DNA of 64,000 bases from Dehalococcoidia bacterium (lineage in GTDB: Bacteria; Chloroflexota; Dehalococcoidia; Bin125), in assembly GCA_963555985.3 (NCBI GenBank), contig OY820591.1:2400001-2464000 (forward strand), in the 5' to 3' direction. Position 1 is the first letter of the stretch, and every line of letters starts with the position of its first letter. The notes beneath the pieces were generated by a model. The model made no database searches. It had not been told where the DNA came from and worked only from the letters and a program-made list of their open reading frames with translations. The translations under genes were made by a program, and so were the position numbers. Positions 35,534 to 44,898 of this stretch are shown here, piece after piece.

Positions 35534-36745
35534 CTAGGTCACGTAGTCGGCGTTGAAGCGGACATATTCCTCGGTCAGGTCGCAGCCCCAGGCGGTGGCT
35601 TCGGCGTCGCCCTGGCCGAGATCCATGCGCAGGAAGACCTCCTCGCCCTGGGTGGCGGCGGACGCTTCGGCGTCCGGCACGCCCGTGGCGGTTCCGTCGA
35701 AGAGACACAGATCAGCGATCCAGACCTTCACTTGCTCCAACTCGTAGGTCACGCCGGCGTAGCCCGCAGCCATCAGGACGCGGCCCCAGTTGGGGTCGTA
35801 CTTGCTCAGGGCGGCCTTGAGCAGCGGCGATTTGACGACGGTGCGCGCGACATCACGGGCGTCTTCCCAGGTTTTCGCGCCGGAGACCGTCATCGAGATT
35901 CGCTTGGTCGCGCCCTCGCCGTCGCGGGCGATCATCTGGGCGAGCGGGATTGACGCCTCAGCCAGCGCAGCCGCGAATGCGTCCAGCCCTGCGCTTGAGA
36001 GCGTCTCGCCGCCGGCGGCGCCATTGGCGAGGATCACGGCTGAGTCGTTGGTCGAGGTATCCCCGTCGACGGTGACCATGTTGATCGAGCGGTCCATGGC
36101 GTGGCGGAAGCAGGCGTCGAGATCGGTTGCATCGATGGGCGCGTCGGTCGTGAAAAAGGCGAGCATGGTCGCCATATCGGGATGCATCATGCCGGCGCCC
36201 TTGGCGCAGCCACCGACGGTGTAGGTGATGCCACCGACCTCGAACTCCGAGACCGCCTGCTTGACGAAGGTGTCAGTAGTCATGATCGCGCGGGCGAAAT
36301 CTCCGCCGCCGTCGCTGCGCGGTTCGAGCTGGGGGATGCTTAGGCGGAGCAGGTCCATCGGCAGGTAGTGACCGATCACGCCGGTACTGTTGACGAAGAT
36401 GTCCTCCGCGTCGCAGCCGATCCGCGCTGCCGCGAGCCGGGTCATCTCGCGCGCGTCGGCGACGCCCTGATCGCCGGTCGCGCAGTTGGCGTTGCCGGAG
36501 TTGACCACCGCTCCGCGCAGGATCCCCGAAGCCGTGTGCGCCTTGCTGACTCGTACCGGCGCTGCGGAGGACTGATTCTGCGTGAACACGGCAACGGCGG
36601 TTGCGGGACGATCGGAACTGAGCAGCGCCAGATCGGGCAGACCCGACTCCTTGATGCCGGCGGTGAAGCCGCAGGCGGAGAATCCTTGCGCCCGCGTGAC
36701 CGCACCCTCGGCCACCGGGTTCTCGGACAGGTTCGCACCGCTCAT
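35534..36745 (-). CDS. argJ: Bifunctional ornithine acetyltransferase / N-acetylglutamate synthase
   Basis: NSGNANCATG, STGVIG, AIMTTDT, KGAGMMHPDMATML, DGDTSTND, DGEGATK, WGCDL. Confidence 0.97.
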   Translation of the reverse strand: MSGANLSENPVAEGAVTRAQGFSACGFTAGIKESGLPDLALLSSDRPATAVAVFTQNQSSAAPVRVSKAHTASGILRGAVVNSGNANCATGDQGVADAREMTRLAAARIGCDAEDIFVNSTGVIGHYLPMDLLRLSIPQLEPRSDGGGDFARAIMTTDTFVKQAVSEFEVGGITYTVGGCAKGAGMMHPDMATMLAFFTTDAPIDATDLDACFRHAMDRSINMVTVDGDTSTNDSAVILANGAAGGETLSSAGLDAFAAALAEASIPLAQMIARDGEGATKRISMTVSGAKTWEDARDVARTVVKSPLLKAALSKYDPNWGRVLMAAGYAGVTYELEQVKVWIADLCLFDGTATGVPDAEASAATQGEEVFLRMDLGQGDAEATAWGCDLTEEYVRFNADYVT

Positions 36746-37791
36746 GGGTAAACCCCGATCTTGCTGAGACCAACGGTCTCGGGGATGCCGAACATCAGAT
36801 TGAAGCACTGCACTGCGCCGCCAGCTGCGCCCTTGACCAGGTTGTCGATGCACGAAATCACAGTCACTTCACCGCTCAGAGGATCGACCGTTGGATAGAG
36901 CAGGCAGGTGTTGGCGCCCAGAGTCTGCTTGGTAGAGGGCGGTGTTTCGGTGATGTGGACGAAGGGCGCATCGGCGTAGTACTCGGTGTAAGTCTCGCGG
37001 AGGACGCCGACTCGCTCGTCAACGTCGCTAGGAAGGGCATCGTCGGCGACTGAGGGATAGCAGGTGGCGAGAATGCCGCGCGTCATTGGCACGAGATGGG
37101 GCACGAAGGTGACGCCGAGTTCGGCATCCGCGTTGGCTGCGTCCTGGAGGGCGCTCAGTTCTTGCACCATCTCCGGGTGGTGACGATGGCCAGACAATCC
37201 ATACGCCGAAAAAGACGAGTCGACCTCGGAGAAGTGAGAGGTCAGCTTGAGACTGCGGCCGGCACCGGATACGCCCGATTTGGCGTCCACGACCGTGCGG
37301 CCGTCGAGCCAGCCCTGGGCGGCCATCGGAGCGAGGGCGAGGATGGCGGAGGTGGGATAGCAGCCCGGTACGCCGACGAGGCGAGACTCGGCAATTGCGT
37401 CGCGGTGCAGTTCGGGCAGTCCGTAGACCGACTCGGCGAGCAGTTGCGGCGTCGGGTGTTCGCCGTACCAACGCTCGTAGGTCTCGGCGTCGTAGAGGCG
37501 GAAGTCGGCGGAGGCGTCTACGACGGGCACGCCCTGCGCGACCAGCGGCGCAAGCCGCTCGGCGGCCGCCGCGTGCGGCAGGCCGGAGAAGACCACATCC
37601 ACTTCTACGTCCACATCGGCGACGATCGGCAAGTCGAGCGACCAGAGGTGGGGGAAGACCTGGGGCAAACGCTTGCCCACCTCGGAACGTCCGGTGACGC
37701 AGACGATCTCCACATCGGGATGCTGGGCGAGCAAACGCGCCAGTTCCGCTCCCACATAGCCGGTGACGTTGATGATGGCCGCGCGAATCAC
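36742..37791 (-). CDS. argC: N-acetyl-gamma-glutamyl-phosphate reductase
   Basis: TGYVGAEL, SADFRL, YGLPEL, PGCYPT, SGVSGAG, DNLVKGAAG. Confidence 0.97.
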   Translation of the reverse strand: MIRAAIINVTGYVGAELARLLAQHPDVEIVCVTGRSEVGKRLPQVFPHLWSLDLPIVADVDVEVDVVFSGLPHAAAAERLAPLVAQGVPVVDASADFRLYDAETYERWYGEHPTPQLLAESVYGLPELHRDAIAESRLVGVPGCYPTSAILALAPMAAQGWLDGRTVVDAKSGVSGAGRSLKLTSHFSEVDSSFSAYGLSGHRHHPEMVQELSALQDAANADAELGVTFVPHLVPMTRGILATCYPSVADDALPSDVDERVGVLRETYTEYYADAPFVHITETPPSTKQTLGANTCLLYPTVDPLSGEVTVISCIDNLVKGAAGGAVQCFNLMFGIPETVGLSKIGVYP

Positions 37792-37915
37792 TGTCAGAGC
37801 TCCCAGTCAAGCGTGTTTCTATCTGCGCATTGCCTTGCGCCTCAGCGCACACAGCAGAAAAGTGAACGATACACGGAAGATCGCCCACACGAACGCATCG
37901 CGTAACCTGCCGCAC

Positions 37916-39121
37916 ATGTCCATGACGCATTCGGCGCTGAGTCCGTACCGCGCAATCGACCTGACCCGTGAGATCGGAGCGCTTTCTACCCGTGTGCTCG
38001 CGGGGCTGGGCGTTGATGTGATCCGTGTCGAACCGCCCGAGGGACACCCGACGCGACGGCGCGGACCGATGGTGGCTACGGCCGACGGTCGCGAGCACTC
38101 GCTCTATTGGGCGCAGATGAATGCGGGCAAGCGCTCGCTCACGCTCGAGCTCGATGATCCCTCCGACCGCGAGCGGCTGCTGCAACTCTGCGAGACGGCC
38201 GATTTCCTCTTCGAGTCCGACGCGCCGGGGTCGCTGGCGGCGAAAGGTCTCGGCTTCGCTGACGTCGCGGAGCGTGCTCCGCAACTGATCTACGTCTCGA
38301 TCACCCCATTCGGGCAGAGCGGACCCAAGTCGATGTGGGCCGCGTCGGATCTGATTGGGCACGTCTCCGGCGGGCTCAGCTCGCTCTGCGGCGATCCGGA
38401 TCGCGCGCCGCTGCGACCGTCGGTGGAGCAGGCCTACAACATCACGGCGCTGAACGCTGGTTCGGCGGCGATGTTTGCGCTTCATGCGCGTCACCTCACG
38501 GGCCGGGGGCAGCACGTGGATGTGTCGATGCAGGCGGCGATGGCGAACACGCTGGGCAATGCGCGGCTCTATTGGGAGATGGACGGCATCGTCACCAAAC
38601 GCGCCGGCGGCGCGCGGGCGTTCGCCGATCGCGCGACGCGGATCATCTACCCCTGCGCGGACGGCTATGTCGCCTTCGTGCGCGTGCCCGCCTCGATTCC
38701 GGCGCTGCATCGCTGGATGACGGCGGAAGGCGCGAAACCGCGTTTCGATCCCGACTTCTGGGCTGGGATCTCGATTGCCGGTACGCAACTCCCGAGCGAC
38801 GAGGAGGTCGCCGAGCTCGAGTCGGAGCTCGAGACGTTCTTCGCCGCTCATGGAGCGCAGCACCTCTACGAGAGCGGACAGCAGCACAAGGTGATGATCT
38901 GTCCAGTCAACACGATGCAGGATCTGGTCGACAGTCCTCAACTCAACGCGCGCGCCTTCTTTACCGAGGTTGATGATCCGGTTCTGGGTCGGCTGAAGAC
39001 GCCGGGTGCGCCGTTGAAGACGCCGGTCACGCCCTGGCGCGAGCGACCGGCTCCGAGTGTTGGTCAACACAGCGCGGAGATCGTCGCCGAACTTGAGGCT
39101 GCTCGCCGCAACCGCGCTTGA
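37916..39121 (+). CDS. CaiB/BaiF family III CoA-transferase
   Basis: LAGLGVDVIRVEPPEG, NAGKRS, SITPFGQSGP, TGRGQHVDVSM, APSVGQH. Confidence 0.92.
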   Translation: MSMTHSALSPYRAIDLTREIGALSTRVLAGLGVDVIRVEPPEGHPTRRRGPMVATADGREHSLYWAQMNAGKRSLTLELDDPSDRERLLQLCETADFLFESDAPGSLAAKGLGFADVAERAPQLIYVSITPFGQSGPKSMWAASDLIGHVSGGLSSLCGDPDRAPLRPSVEQAYNITALNAGSAAMFALHARHLTGRGQHVDVSMQAAMANTLGNARLYWEMDGIVTKRAGGARAFADRATRIIYPCADGYVAFVRVPASIPALHRWMTAEGAKPRFDPDFWAGISIAGTQLPSDEEVAELESELETFFAAHGAQHLYESGQQHKVMICPVNTMQDLVDSPQLNARAFFTEVDDPVLGRLKTPGAPLKTPVTPWRERPAPSVGQHSAEIVAELEAARRNRA

Positions 39122-39140
39122 GCGCAAGGGAGGATCCGCC

Positions 39141-39932
39141 ATGTCCGAAGCACATCTGCTGATCGAACGCCGTTCGAATGGAGTGGTTGTCGCCACGCTC
39201 AACCGTCCGGAGGTGCTCAATGCGCTTTCCGAGGAGATTCGCGCGGGGCTGCGCGAACTGGCGGCCGACCTGAGCCGCGACGCCGACGCGCGGGCGCTGG
39301 TGATCACCGGCGCTGGGCGCGGGTTCTGCTCGGGCGCGGACCTGTCGAACCGGGAGGCTCGGGTGGCGGCGGAAGGACAGCCTGGATTGGCTTCGACGCA
39401 ACTGCGCTACGGCTTGGCGGCGGAGTTGCAGGCGCTGGACATTCCCGTGATCGCGGCAATCAACGGCGCTGCGGCGGGGGCGGGGTTCGCGATTGCGCTG
39501 GCCTGCGACTTGCGGCTGATGTCGGAACGGGCGCGGCTGCATCCCGCCTTCATGCGGATCGGTCTGGGACCGGATTGGGCGGCGTCGTGGACGCTGACGC
39601 GGTTGATCGGGCATTCACGGGCGCTGGAGACGTTCTGGCTTGCCGATCCGATCGATGCGGACCGTGCCCGCGAACTCGGGCTCGTCAACCAGGTCGTCGA
39701 GCACGACCAACTGATGCCGACAGCGCTGGCTCTCGCTGATCGCCTGGCCTCCAACGCGCCCTGGGCGATGACACTGACCAAGCAGGCGATCTACGCGGCG
39801 CTCTATAACGATCCGGAAGAGCAGGCGATCCTCGAAGAGCGCAACCAGGCCTTGCTGCGCAACTCGCTGGATGCTCGCGAGGGCGCCCGCGCCTTCGCCG
39901 AACGGCGTCCGCCCCAGTTTCAGCGTCGCTGA
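39141..39932 (+). CDS. Enoyl-CoA hydratase/isomerase family protein
   Basis: LNRPEVLNAL, TGAGRGFCSGADL, AAINGAAAGAG, LACDLR. Confidence 0.93.
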   Translation: MSEAHLLIERRSNGVVVATLNRPEVLNALSEEIRAGLRELAADLSRDADARALVITGAGRGFCSGADLSNREARVAAEGQPGLASTQLRYGLAAELQALDIPVIAAINGAAAGAGFAIALACDLRLMSERARLHPAFMRIGLGPDWAASWTLTRLIGHSRALETFWLADPIDADRARELGLVNQVVEHDQLMPTALALADRLASNAPWAMTLTKQAIYAALYNDPEEQAILEERNQALLRNSLDAREGARAFAERRPPQFQRR

Positions 39933-40012
39933 CCCTCACCTTGCCAGGCTGACACCTGCCGCCACAACTCGGGGACAGGACAGGTTAGGGTGAGGCCAAC
40001 GGAGGAATGTCC

Positions 40013-40372
40013 ATGGGCGCCATCTTCAGGACAGCGGCGGTGAGCAACCCGGCTCAGCCTGAGCGGCGCTGGGAAGGCGAATTCCTGATCGACACTGGAG
40101 CCATCGACTGCGTCGTACCCCGCAAACACCTCGAAGCCATCGGCATTGAGCCGGAAGAGCGCCGTGCGTACCGCTTGGCCGACGGCAGCGAAGTCAGCCT
40201 TGATGTCGGCATTATTCGGCTCGAGTTGATGGGCGGACGCAGCGGCGTCGACGCGGTCTTCGCCGCCGATGACGCTCAACCGCTGCTCGGCGCACGGGCG
40301 ATGGAGTCGCTCAATATCGAGATCGACATGCAAGAGCACGAACTGCGCCGGCTACCCGCTGCGCACCTCTAA
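40013..40372 (+). CDS. Clan AA (retropepsin-like) aspartyl protease
   Basis: LIDTGA catalytic motif, LADGS flap, PLLG; GGAGG RBS. Confidence 0.85.
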   Translation: MGAIFRTAAVSNPAQPERRWEGEFLIDTGAIDCVVPRKHLEAIGIEPEERRAYRLADGSEVSLDVGIIRLELMGGRSGVDAVFAADDAQPLLGARAMESLNIEIDMQEHELRRLPAAHL

Positions 40373-40401
40373 GGCCACTGAAGCGAACTCGTCGTGAGTC
40401 A

Positions 40402-41646
40402 ATGACCAGTAACGATATTCCCGGCGCGCGCGTATTCGAGGGCGTCCGCATCGCCGACTTTGCCTGGGTTGGGGTTGGTCCCAACGCGACGATGCAGATG
40501 GCGTTTCACGGGGCTGAGGTGATTCGGATCGAGTCGTCGAAGCGGCCGGATACGTTCCGCGCCGGCGGGCCGCGTCCCGCTGGCGATCGCTCGATTGATG
40601 GTTCTGCCTACTTCGCCAAGTTCAATCGGGGCAAGCGCTCGGTGGCGCTGAATTTGCAGCATCCGCGGGCGGTGGCGGTAGCGAAGCGGTTGGTGGCGGT
40701 CTCGGACATTGTGACGGAGTCATTTGCGCCCGGGTTTCTTACGCGGATCGGTCTCGACTACGAGGAGTTGCGCAAGATTCGGCCCGATCTGATCATGTGC
40801 TCGATGTCGATGGAGGGTCAGACGGGTCCGCACGCAGGCTTCCGAGGGTTTGGACTCACGCTGCAAGCGACGGCGGGCATTACGGGGGTCACCGGTTGGC
40901 CGGATCGGTTGCCAGTCGGTACGGGCGTCGCCTACACGGACTGGGTCGCAACCCATGTCGGGATGATCGGCATCCTCGCCGCGCTCGATCATCGCCGCCG
41001 CACCGGCGAGGGACAATACATCGACATGTCGCAGTTGGAGGCCTCGACGCTGGTACTGGATGCGGGTTTGCTGGATGCGCTGAATACCGGCCGGGTGGCG
41101 AAACCGCTCGGCAACCGCGATCTGCGCTTCGCGCCGCACGGAGTCTATCCCTGCGCCGACGATGATCGCGGCGGCGACCGCTGGGTAGCGATTGCGATCA
41201 CGAGCGATCAGCAGTGGCGCGCGTTCGCGGGTGCGTTGGGACGCGACGACTGGTTGGAGAACGCGAACCTGCGCGAGGCGGCAGGGCGGCTGACTGCGCA
41301 AGACAGCCTGGACGCAACAATCTGCGAGTGGACGCGCCTGCGCACCGTTGACGAAGTGGAACAAACCCTGCAAGCGGCGGGCGTGCCCGCCCATCGAGCT
41401 GCAAACGTGCAGGACGCGCACGAGGATCCGCAGCTGGCCCATCGTGAACACTGGCAATCGAGCGAGCATCCGGTGATCGGCAAGGTGTCATACGAGAGTC
41501 CGGCCTGGCGCCTCAGCGAGACGCCGCCGCCGAAACCGTCGCCGTCGCCGCTCCTGGGACAGCATTCGGAGTACGTCTATCGGCAGTTGTGCGGCTACTC
41601 GGAGGAAGAGTTTCAGCAGTTGATCGTTGATGGGGTAGTTGAGTGA
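40402..41646 (+). CDS. CaiB/BaiF family III CoA-transferase
   Basis: GVRIADF, GAEVIRIE, NRGKRS, GQTGP, TGEGQYID, PLLGQH. Confidence 0.93.
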   Translation: MTSNDIPGARVFEGVRIADFAWVGVGPNATMQMAFHGAEVIRIESSKRPDTFRAGGPRPAGDRSIDGSAYFAKFNRGKRSVALNLQHPRAVAVAKRLVAVSDIVTESFAPGFLTRIGLDYEELRKIRPDLIMCSMSMEGQTGPHAGFRGFGLTLQATAGITGVTGWPDRLPVGTGVAYTDWVATHVGMIGILAALDHRRRTGEGQYIDMSQLEASTLVLDAGLLDALNTGRVAKPLGNRDLRFAPHGVYPCADDDRGGDRWVAIAITSDQQWRAFAGALGRDDWLENANLREAAGRLTAQDSLDATICEWTRLRTVDEVEQTLQAAGVPAHRAANVQDAHEDPQLAHREHWQSSEHPVIGKVSYESPAWRLSETPPPKPSPSPLLGQHSEYVYRQLCGYSEEEFQQLIVDGVVE

Positions 41647-41700
41647 GTTTGCGAGACTCCGTCGAATCGTCCCCAGTTCCCCAAGACCGACACACAAACC

Positions 41701-41805
41701 AAAGCTCCGTCATATCCGCGCTTGCCGCGGGTATCTCGCTGTTATCTGCACCGTCGTCGCCTGTACCGCGAGATTGCCGCGGCGGAGCGCGGCAATGACA
41801 GAGAT
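41701..41805. repeat. Pair of facing family A palindromes (REPIN-like), reverse orientation, no TIRs
   Basis: Near reverse complement of the interior of 26695-26838. Confidence 0.8.
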
Positions 41806-41859
41806 TGACGCTTCGGCAATGCTCTTCGCAGCTTCCGGTTAGAACGATGTGAACAGGCT

Positions 41860-43440
41860 CTACAACGCCTGGCCGGCCAGCACTCCCGTTGGCCGCCCCT
41901 GCTCAACAGCCAATTGACCGTTGACGAATACGTAGGGAATGCCCACCGGCGGCGTGCGCGGATCCTCGAAGTTCGCGGTATCGGTGATCGTCTCAGCGTC
42001 GAATACCACCAAGTCCGCATACGCGCCCTCTCGCACGACGCCTCGGTCGGTCAGGCTGAAGCGCTCGGCGGGGAGCGAGGTCATGCCTCGGACCAGGTGC
42101 TCCAGCGGTGCGTCGAGGCGGCGGCGCAGGCGTCCGAGGATGCGCGGGAAGGTGCCGTAGGCGCGGGGGTGGGGCAGACCGTCGGCGAAGGGGATGCCGT
42201 CGGAGCCGACCATGTAGTCGTCGCGCGAGAGTAGGTCGATTATGTCGGCTTCGACCTGGCGAGCCAGGGCCGGACTCGAGGGCATCGCGTCGCGGAAGCC
42301 GCAGGCCATGCCTGATCTGCGCATGATTTCGAGCATCATCTCCGGGACCGAGACTCCCATCAGGTCAGCAGCATCAGCAAACGATCTGCCTTCGTATTGC
42401 TTGAGATCGTCGGCGCCAATCCAAGTCCAGACGGCTGCGTCGCTGCGGCCGGGGAAAAGGTTGACCAACGAATCAATCATCCGCTCACGCCAGGCGGGGT
42501 CGGCGGCGCGCTTGATCAGGCGGTCGGTACCGCCGACGTGACACTCTCCGCGCAGGAAGTAGCCCGGTACGGTCGCGGCGGCGGCGTAGGGGTAGCACTC
42601 CAGCGTCACGTCGACCCCGTCGGCCTTGGCGCGATCGACCTCGGACATGATCGAATCGAGGTCGCCGGCGTTACTCGGGAACGTGCGGTAGTGGGAGATA
42701 TGCACCTTGACTCCGGAGCGGCGGCCGATGTTCATCGCTTCGACGATGCCGCTGCCGTCGGGGGCGCGGTCGTCGTTGTGGTTGCGAATGTGGGTGACGT
42801 AGACGCCGCCGCGTTCGGCCACGGTCTGATTGAGGGCGACCAGTTCGTCGGTGTCGGAATAGGAGTTGGGGTAGTAGGAGAGACCGGTCGAGAAACCTCG
42901 CGCGCCCTCGTACATACTCTGCGCGATCAGGTCTTGGGCGTTCGCCAGCGCATCGCCAATCAGTGGGGTATCGGCGAAGCCGACGCTTTCGAGCCGGACG
43001 GGTCCGTGCGGCGCGAGCGCGGCGACGTTGCAGCCCTTGCCGTCGTAGTGACTCAGGAACGCCGCCATCGTGGACATGTCCAGTCCCTGCGGGGGCGGAC
43101 CGTAGAGGCCGGCTAGGTAGCGGCCGTACATGTCGAGATGTTCGTCTGAGAGCAATGCGTAAGAGAGGCCGTCCTGGGTGATGAACTCGGTCGTGACACC
43201 TTGAGCGAGTCCGTGCGCGTGGATCGGATCTCGCAGCAGTACGCCGTCAGAGTGCGCGTGGGTGTCGATCAGTCCCGGCGCGACGGTGAGGCCATCGGCA
43301 GCGATGTCGCGCTCAGCGGTCATGCTCGACAGATCGCCGACCGCCGTGATGCGATCGCCCGTGATCGCCACATCGGCCGGTCGTTGGGTCGCGCCGGTAC
43401 CGTCGATCAATGTGCCGTTGCGGAGGATCAGGTCAGCCAT
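41860..43440 (-). CDS. N-acyl-D-amino-acid deacylase family amidohydrolase
   Basis: IDGTG, APGLIDTHAHSD, GFSTGL, HPRAYGTFPRILG, GAYADLVVFD. Confidence 0.92.
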   Translation of the reverse strand: MADLILRNGTLIDGTGATQRPADVAITGDRITAVGDLSSMTAERDIAADGLTVAPGLIDTHAHSDGVLLRDPIHAHGLAQGVTTEFITQDGLSYALLSDEHLDMYGRYLAGLYGPPPQGLDMSTMAAFLSHYDGKGCNVAALAPHGPVRLESVGFADTPLIGDALANAQDLIAQSMYEGARGFSTGLSYYPNSYSDTDELVALNQTVAERGGVYVTHIRNHNDDRAPDGSGIVEAMNIGRRSGVKVHISHYRTFPSNAGDLDSIMSEVDRAKADGVDVTLECYPYAAAATVPGYFLRGECHVGGTDRLIKRAADPAWRERMIDSLVNLFPGRSDAAVWTWIGADDLKQYEGRSFADAADLMGVSVPEMMLEIMRRSGMACGFRDAMPSSPALARQVEADIIDLLSRDDYMVGSDGIPFADGLPHPRAYGTFPRILGRLRRRLDAPLEHLVRGMTSLPAERFSLTDRGVVREGAYADLVVFDAETITDTANFEDPRTPPVGIPYVFVNGQLAVEQGRPTGVLAGQAL

Positions 43441-44833
43441 CCGAGGGTGTCTCCTCGTTCTCGTCCCAGGCGGCGATCTTGTCGGCAATGTACTGCCAGC
43501 GGTCGTCGATTTCGTCGTGCAGGAGCTTCACGGCGGCTCGCCAGGCCTGCTCGCCCGGACCGTTCTCATCGGCCAGCACGTGCGGCTCGATCAGGGCGGT
43601 GATCTTGTCGACTCGCTCGTGCATTTCTTCAAGCGTGATCACATCCTCCATCAGCCAACGCGACGCTTCGATATAGGGTTCCCAACCCTGCGTAACCAGC
43701 GCGTTGATGACCGGATTGCAGTGCGGCGCGCGAGCGTCGATGTCCCAGAAGACCTTGCGCAGACGGCAGGTGCGGTGGAGATCGTCCCAGTCGGGCATGT
43801 CGTAGTAGGTACGGATTGGGCTGGGCGAGCGCCAGGTGTGCTCGACATCCCAGGGGATCAGACTGAAGCCCCCGGAGAATGCGTCTTCGTACCAGAAGTA
43901 GTTGTGGTTGCCGCAGACCGGGACGCAGTACCAGGCCACGATCCCGTCCCAGTTGTCGGTCAAGCGGTCGGCCGCGAGATAGCTGAAGAGTGCGTCCATG
44001 TTCTGGACGTACTCCTCAATCACCGCGAACACGGCTGGGGCGGGATCATCGCTGCTCTCCGCCTCGACGAGGGCTGCGGAGAAGGCTTGCAGGCCCGATG
44101 GATCGATTGGCCCGCGTGCGATCGCTCCTTCAAGGGAATCCGAGAAGGCGGGGAGACGCTCGATGTTGCCGGGCCAGATTTCTTTGTAGAGCACGCCCTT
44201 GCCGCCGTCGCGGAAGCGGTCGGCGATGAAGCGGTCGTCAATGTCCTCGGTGAGCGTGTAGAGGCCCAGCGGTTCGCCGTTGAGTTGCAGTAGGGCGAAG
44301 ACCGAGCGCGGGGCGGCGACGCCGGCATCGCGGAAGACCTGGTAGGTGAGCACTTCGCGCATCTGCGCCTCGTCGCCGTTCATCTGGTGGAAGTTCAGAC
44401 GCTTGAGGCCGTAGAAACGCAAGGCCGGTTCGTAGTGATTGAACTTGAGCTTCCAGGCGAGCTTGGGGCAGGTGTTTTCACCGGTGAAGAAGCACTGGCG
44501 GAGGACGCCGAAGAAGCCCTTGTAGCGCACCCCGATGGGGCCATAGGTCTTGCCGTCGATGATCACTGAACCTTGGACGTATTGCTCAGCGGTAGGATCG
44601 GCGTCGAGTTTGGCCTGTTCGGCTTCCGAGAGTTGGATGTCGTAGACGCGGACGGTGTCGAGGTCGAAGACGATGTTGTGCGGGTCGCTGCGCTGCTGTT
44701 CGGCACCGAGGGTGGGGACTTCGGCTGCGTCGATCGTGCGCGGCGGGGGTGCGTCGCCGGAGGCGGCAAGGACGGCGGCAGCGACCACGACCGCTACGGC
44801 GATCAACGCCGCCAGCGCCGCCTTTCGGTTCAT
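43433..44833 (-). CDS. CotH-family kinase with N-terminal signal/anchor
   Basis: GVRYKG, KLAWKLKF, MRE, APR, LNGEPLGLYTLTE, NWD, HNYFWY, IPWD; hydrophobic N-terminus. Confidence 0.88.
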   Translation of the reverse strand: MNRKAALAALIAVAVVVAAAVLAASGDAPPPRTIDAAEVPTLGAEQQRSDPHNIVFDLDTVRVYDIQLSEAEQAKLDADPTAEQYVQGSVIIDGKTYGPIGVRYKGFFGVLRQCFFTGENTCPKLAWKLKFNHYEPALRFYGLKRLNFHQMNGDEAQMREVLTYQVFRDAGVAAPRSVFALLQLNGEPLGLYTLTEDIDDRFIADRFRDGGKGVLYKEIWPGNIERLPAFSDSLEGAIARGPIDPSGLQAFSAALVEAESSDDPAPAVFAVIEEYVQNMDALFSYLAADRLTDNWDGIVAWYCVPVCGNHNYFWYEDAFSGGFSLIPWDVEHTWRSPSPIRTYYDMPDWDDLHRTCRLRKVFWDIDARAPHCNPVINALVTQGWEPYIEASRWLMEDVITLEEMHERVDKITALIEPHVLADENGPGEQAWRAAVKLLHDEIDDRWQYIADKIAAWDENEETPSDG

Positions 44834-44873
44834 GCCGCCGCCTCCGACGCTCCGGCTCTCTGCTGGATTGGAT

Positions 44874-44892
44874 GTTAACCCCAAGTTAGCCT
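44874..44892 (+). promoter_or_regulatory. 11-bp-spaced direct repeat (Pho-box-like) overlapping a -10 element
   Basis: GTTAACC-CCAA-GTTAGCC; TAGCCT lies 6 nt before ATG 44899. Confidence 0.4.
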
Positions 44893-44898
44893 GCCGCC

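Noticed and set aside
37792-37915. ARG box upstream of argC
   Set aside because: Only a weak GTGAACGATACAC resemblance, and no argR in the window
37028-39307. 759-aa minus-strand ORF
   Set aside because: Overlaps argC out of frame and the CoA-transferase antisense; no motifs
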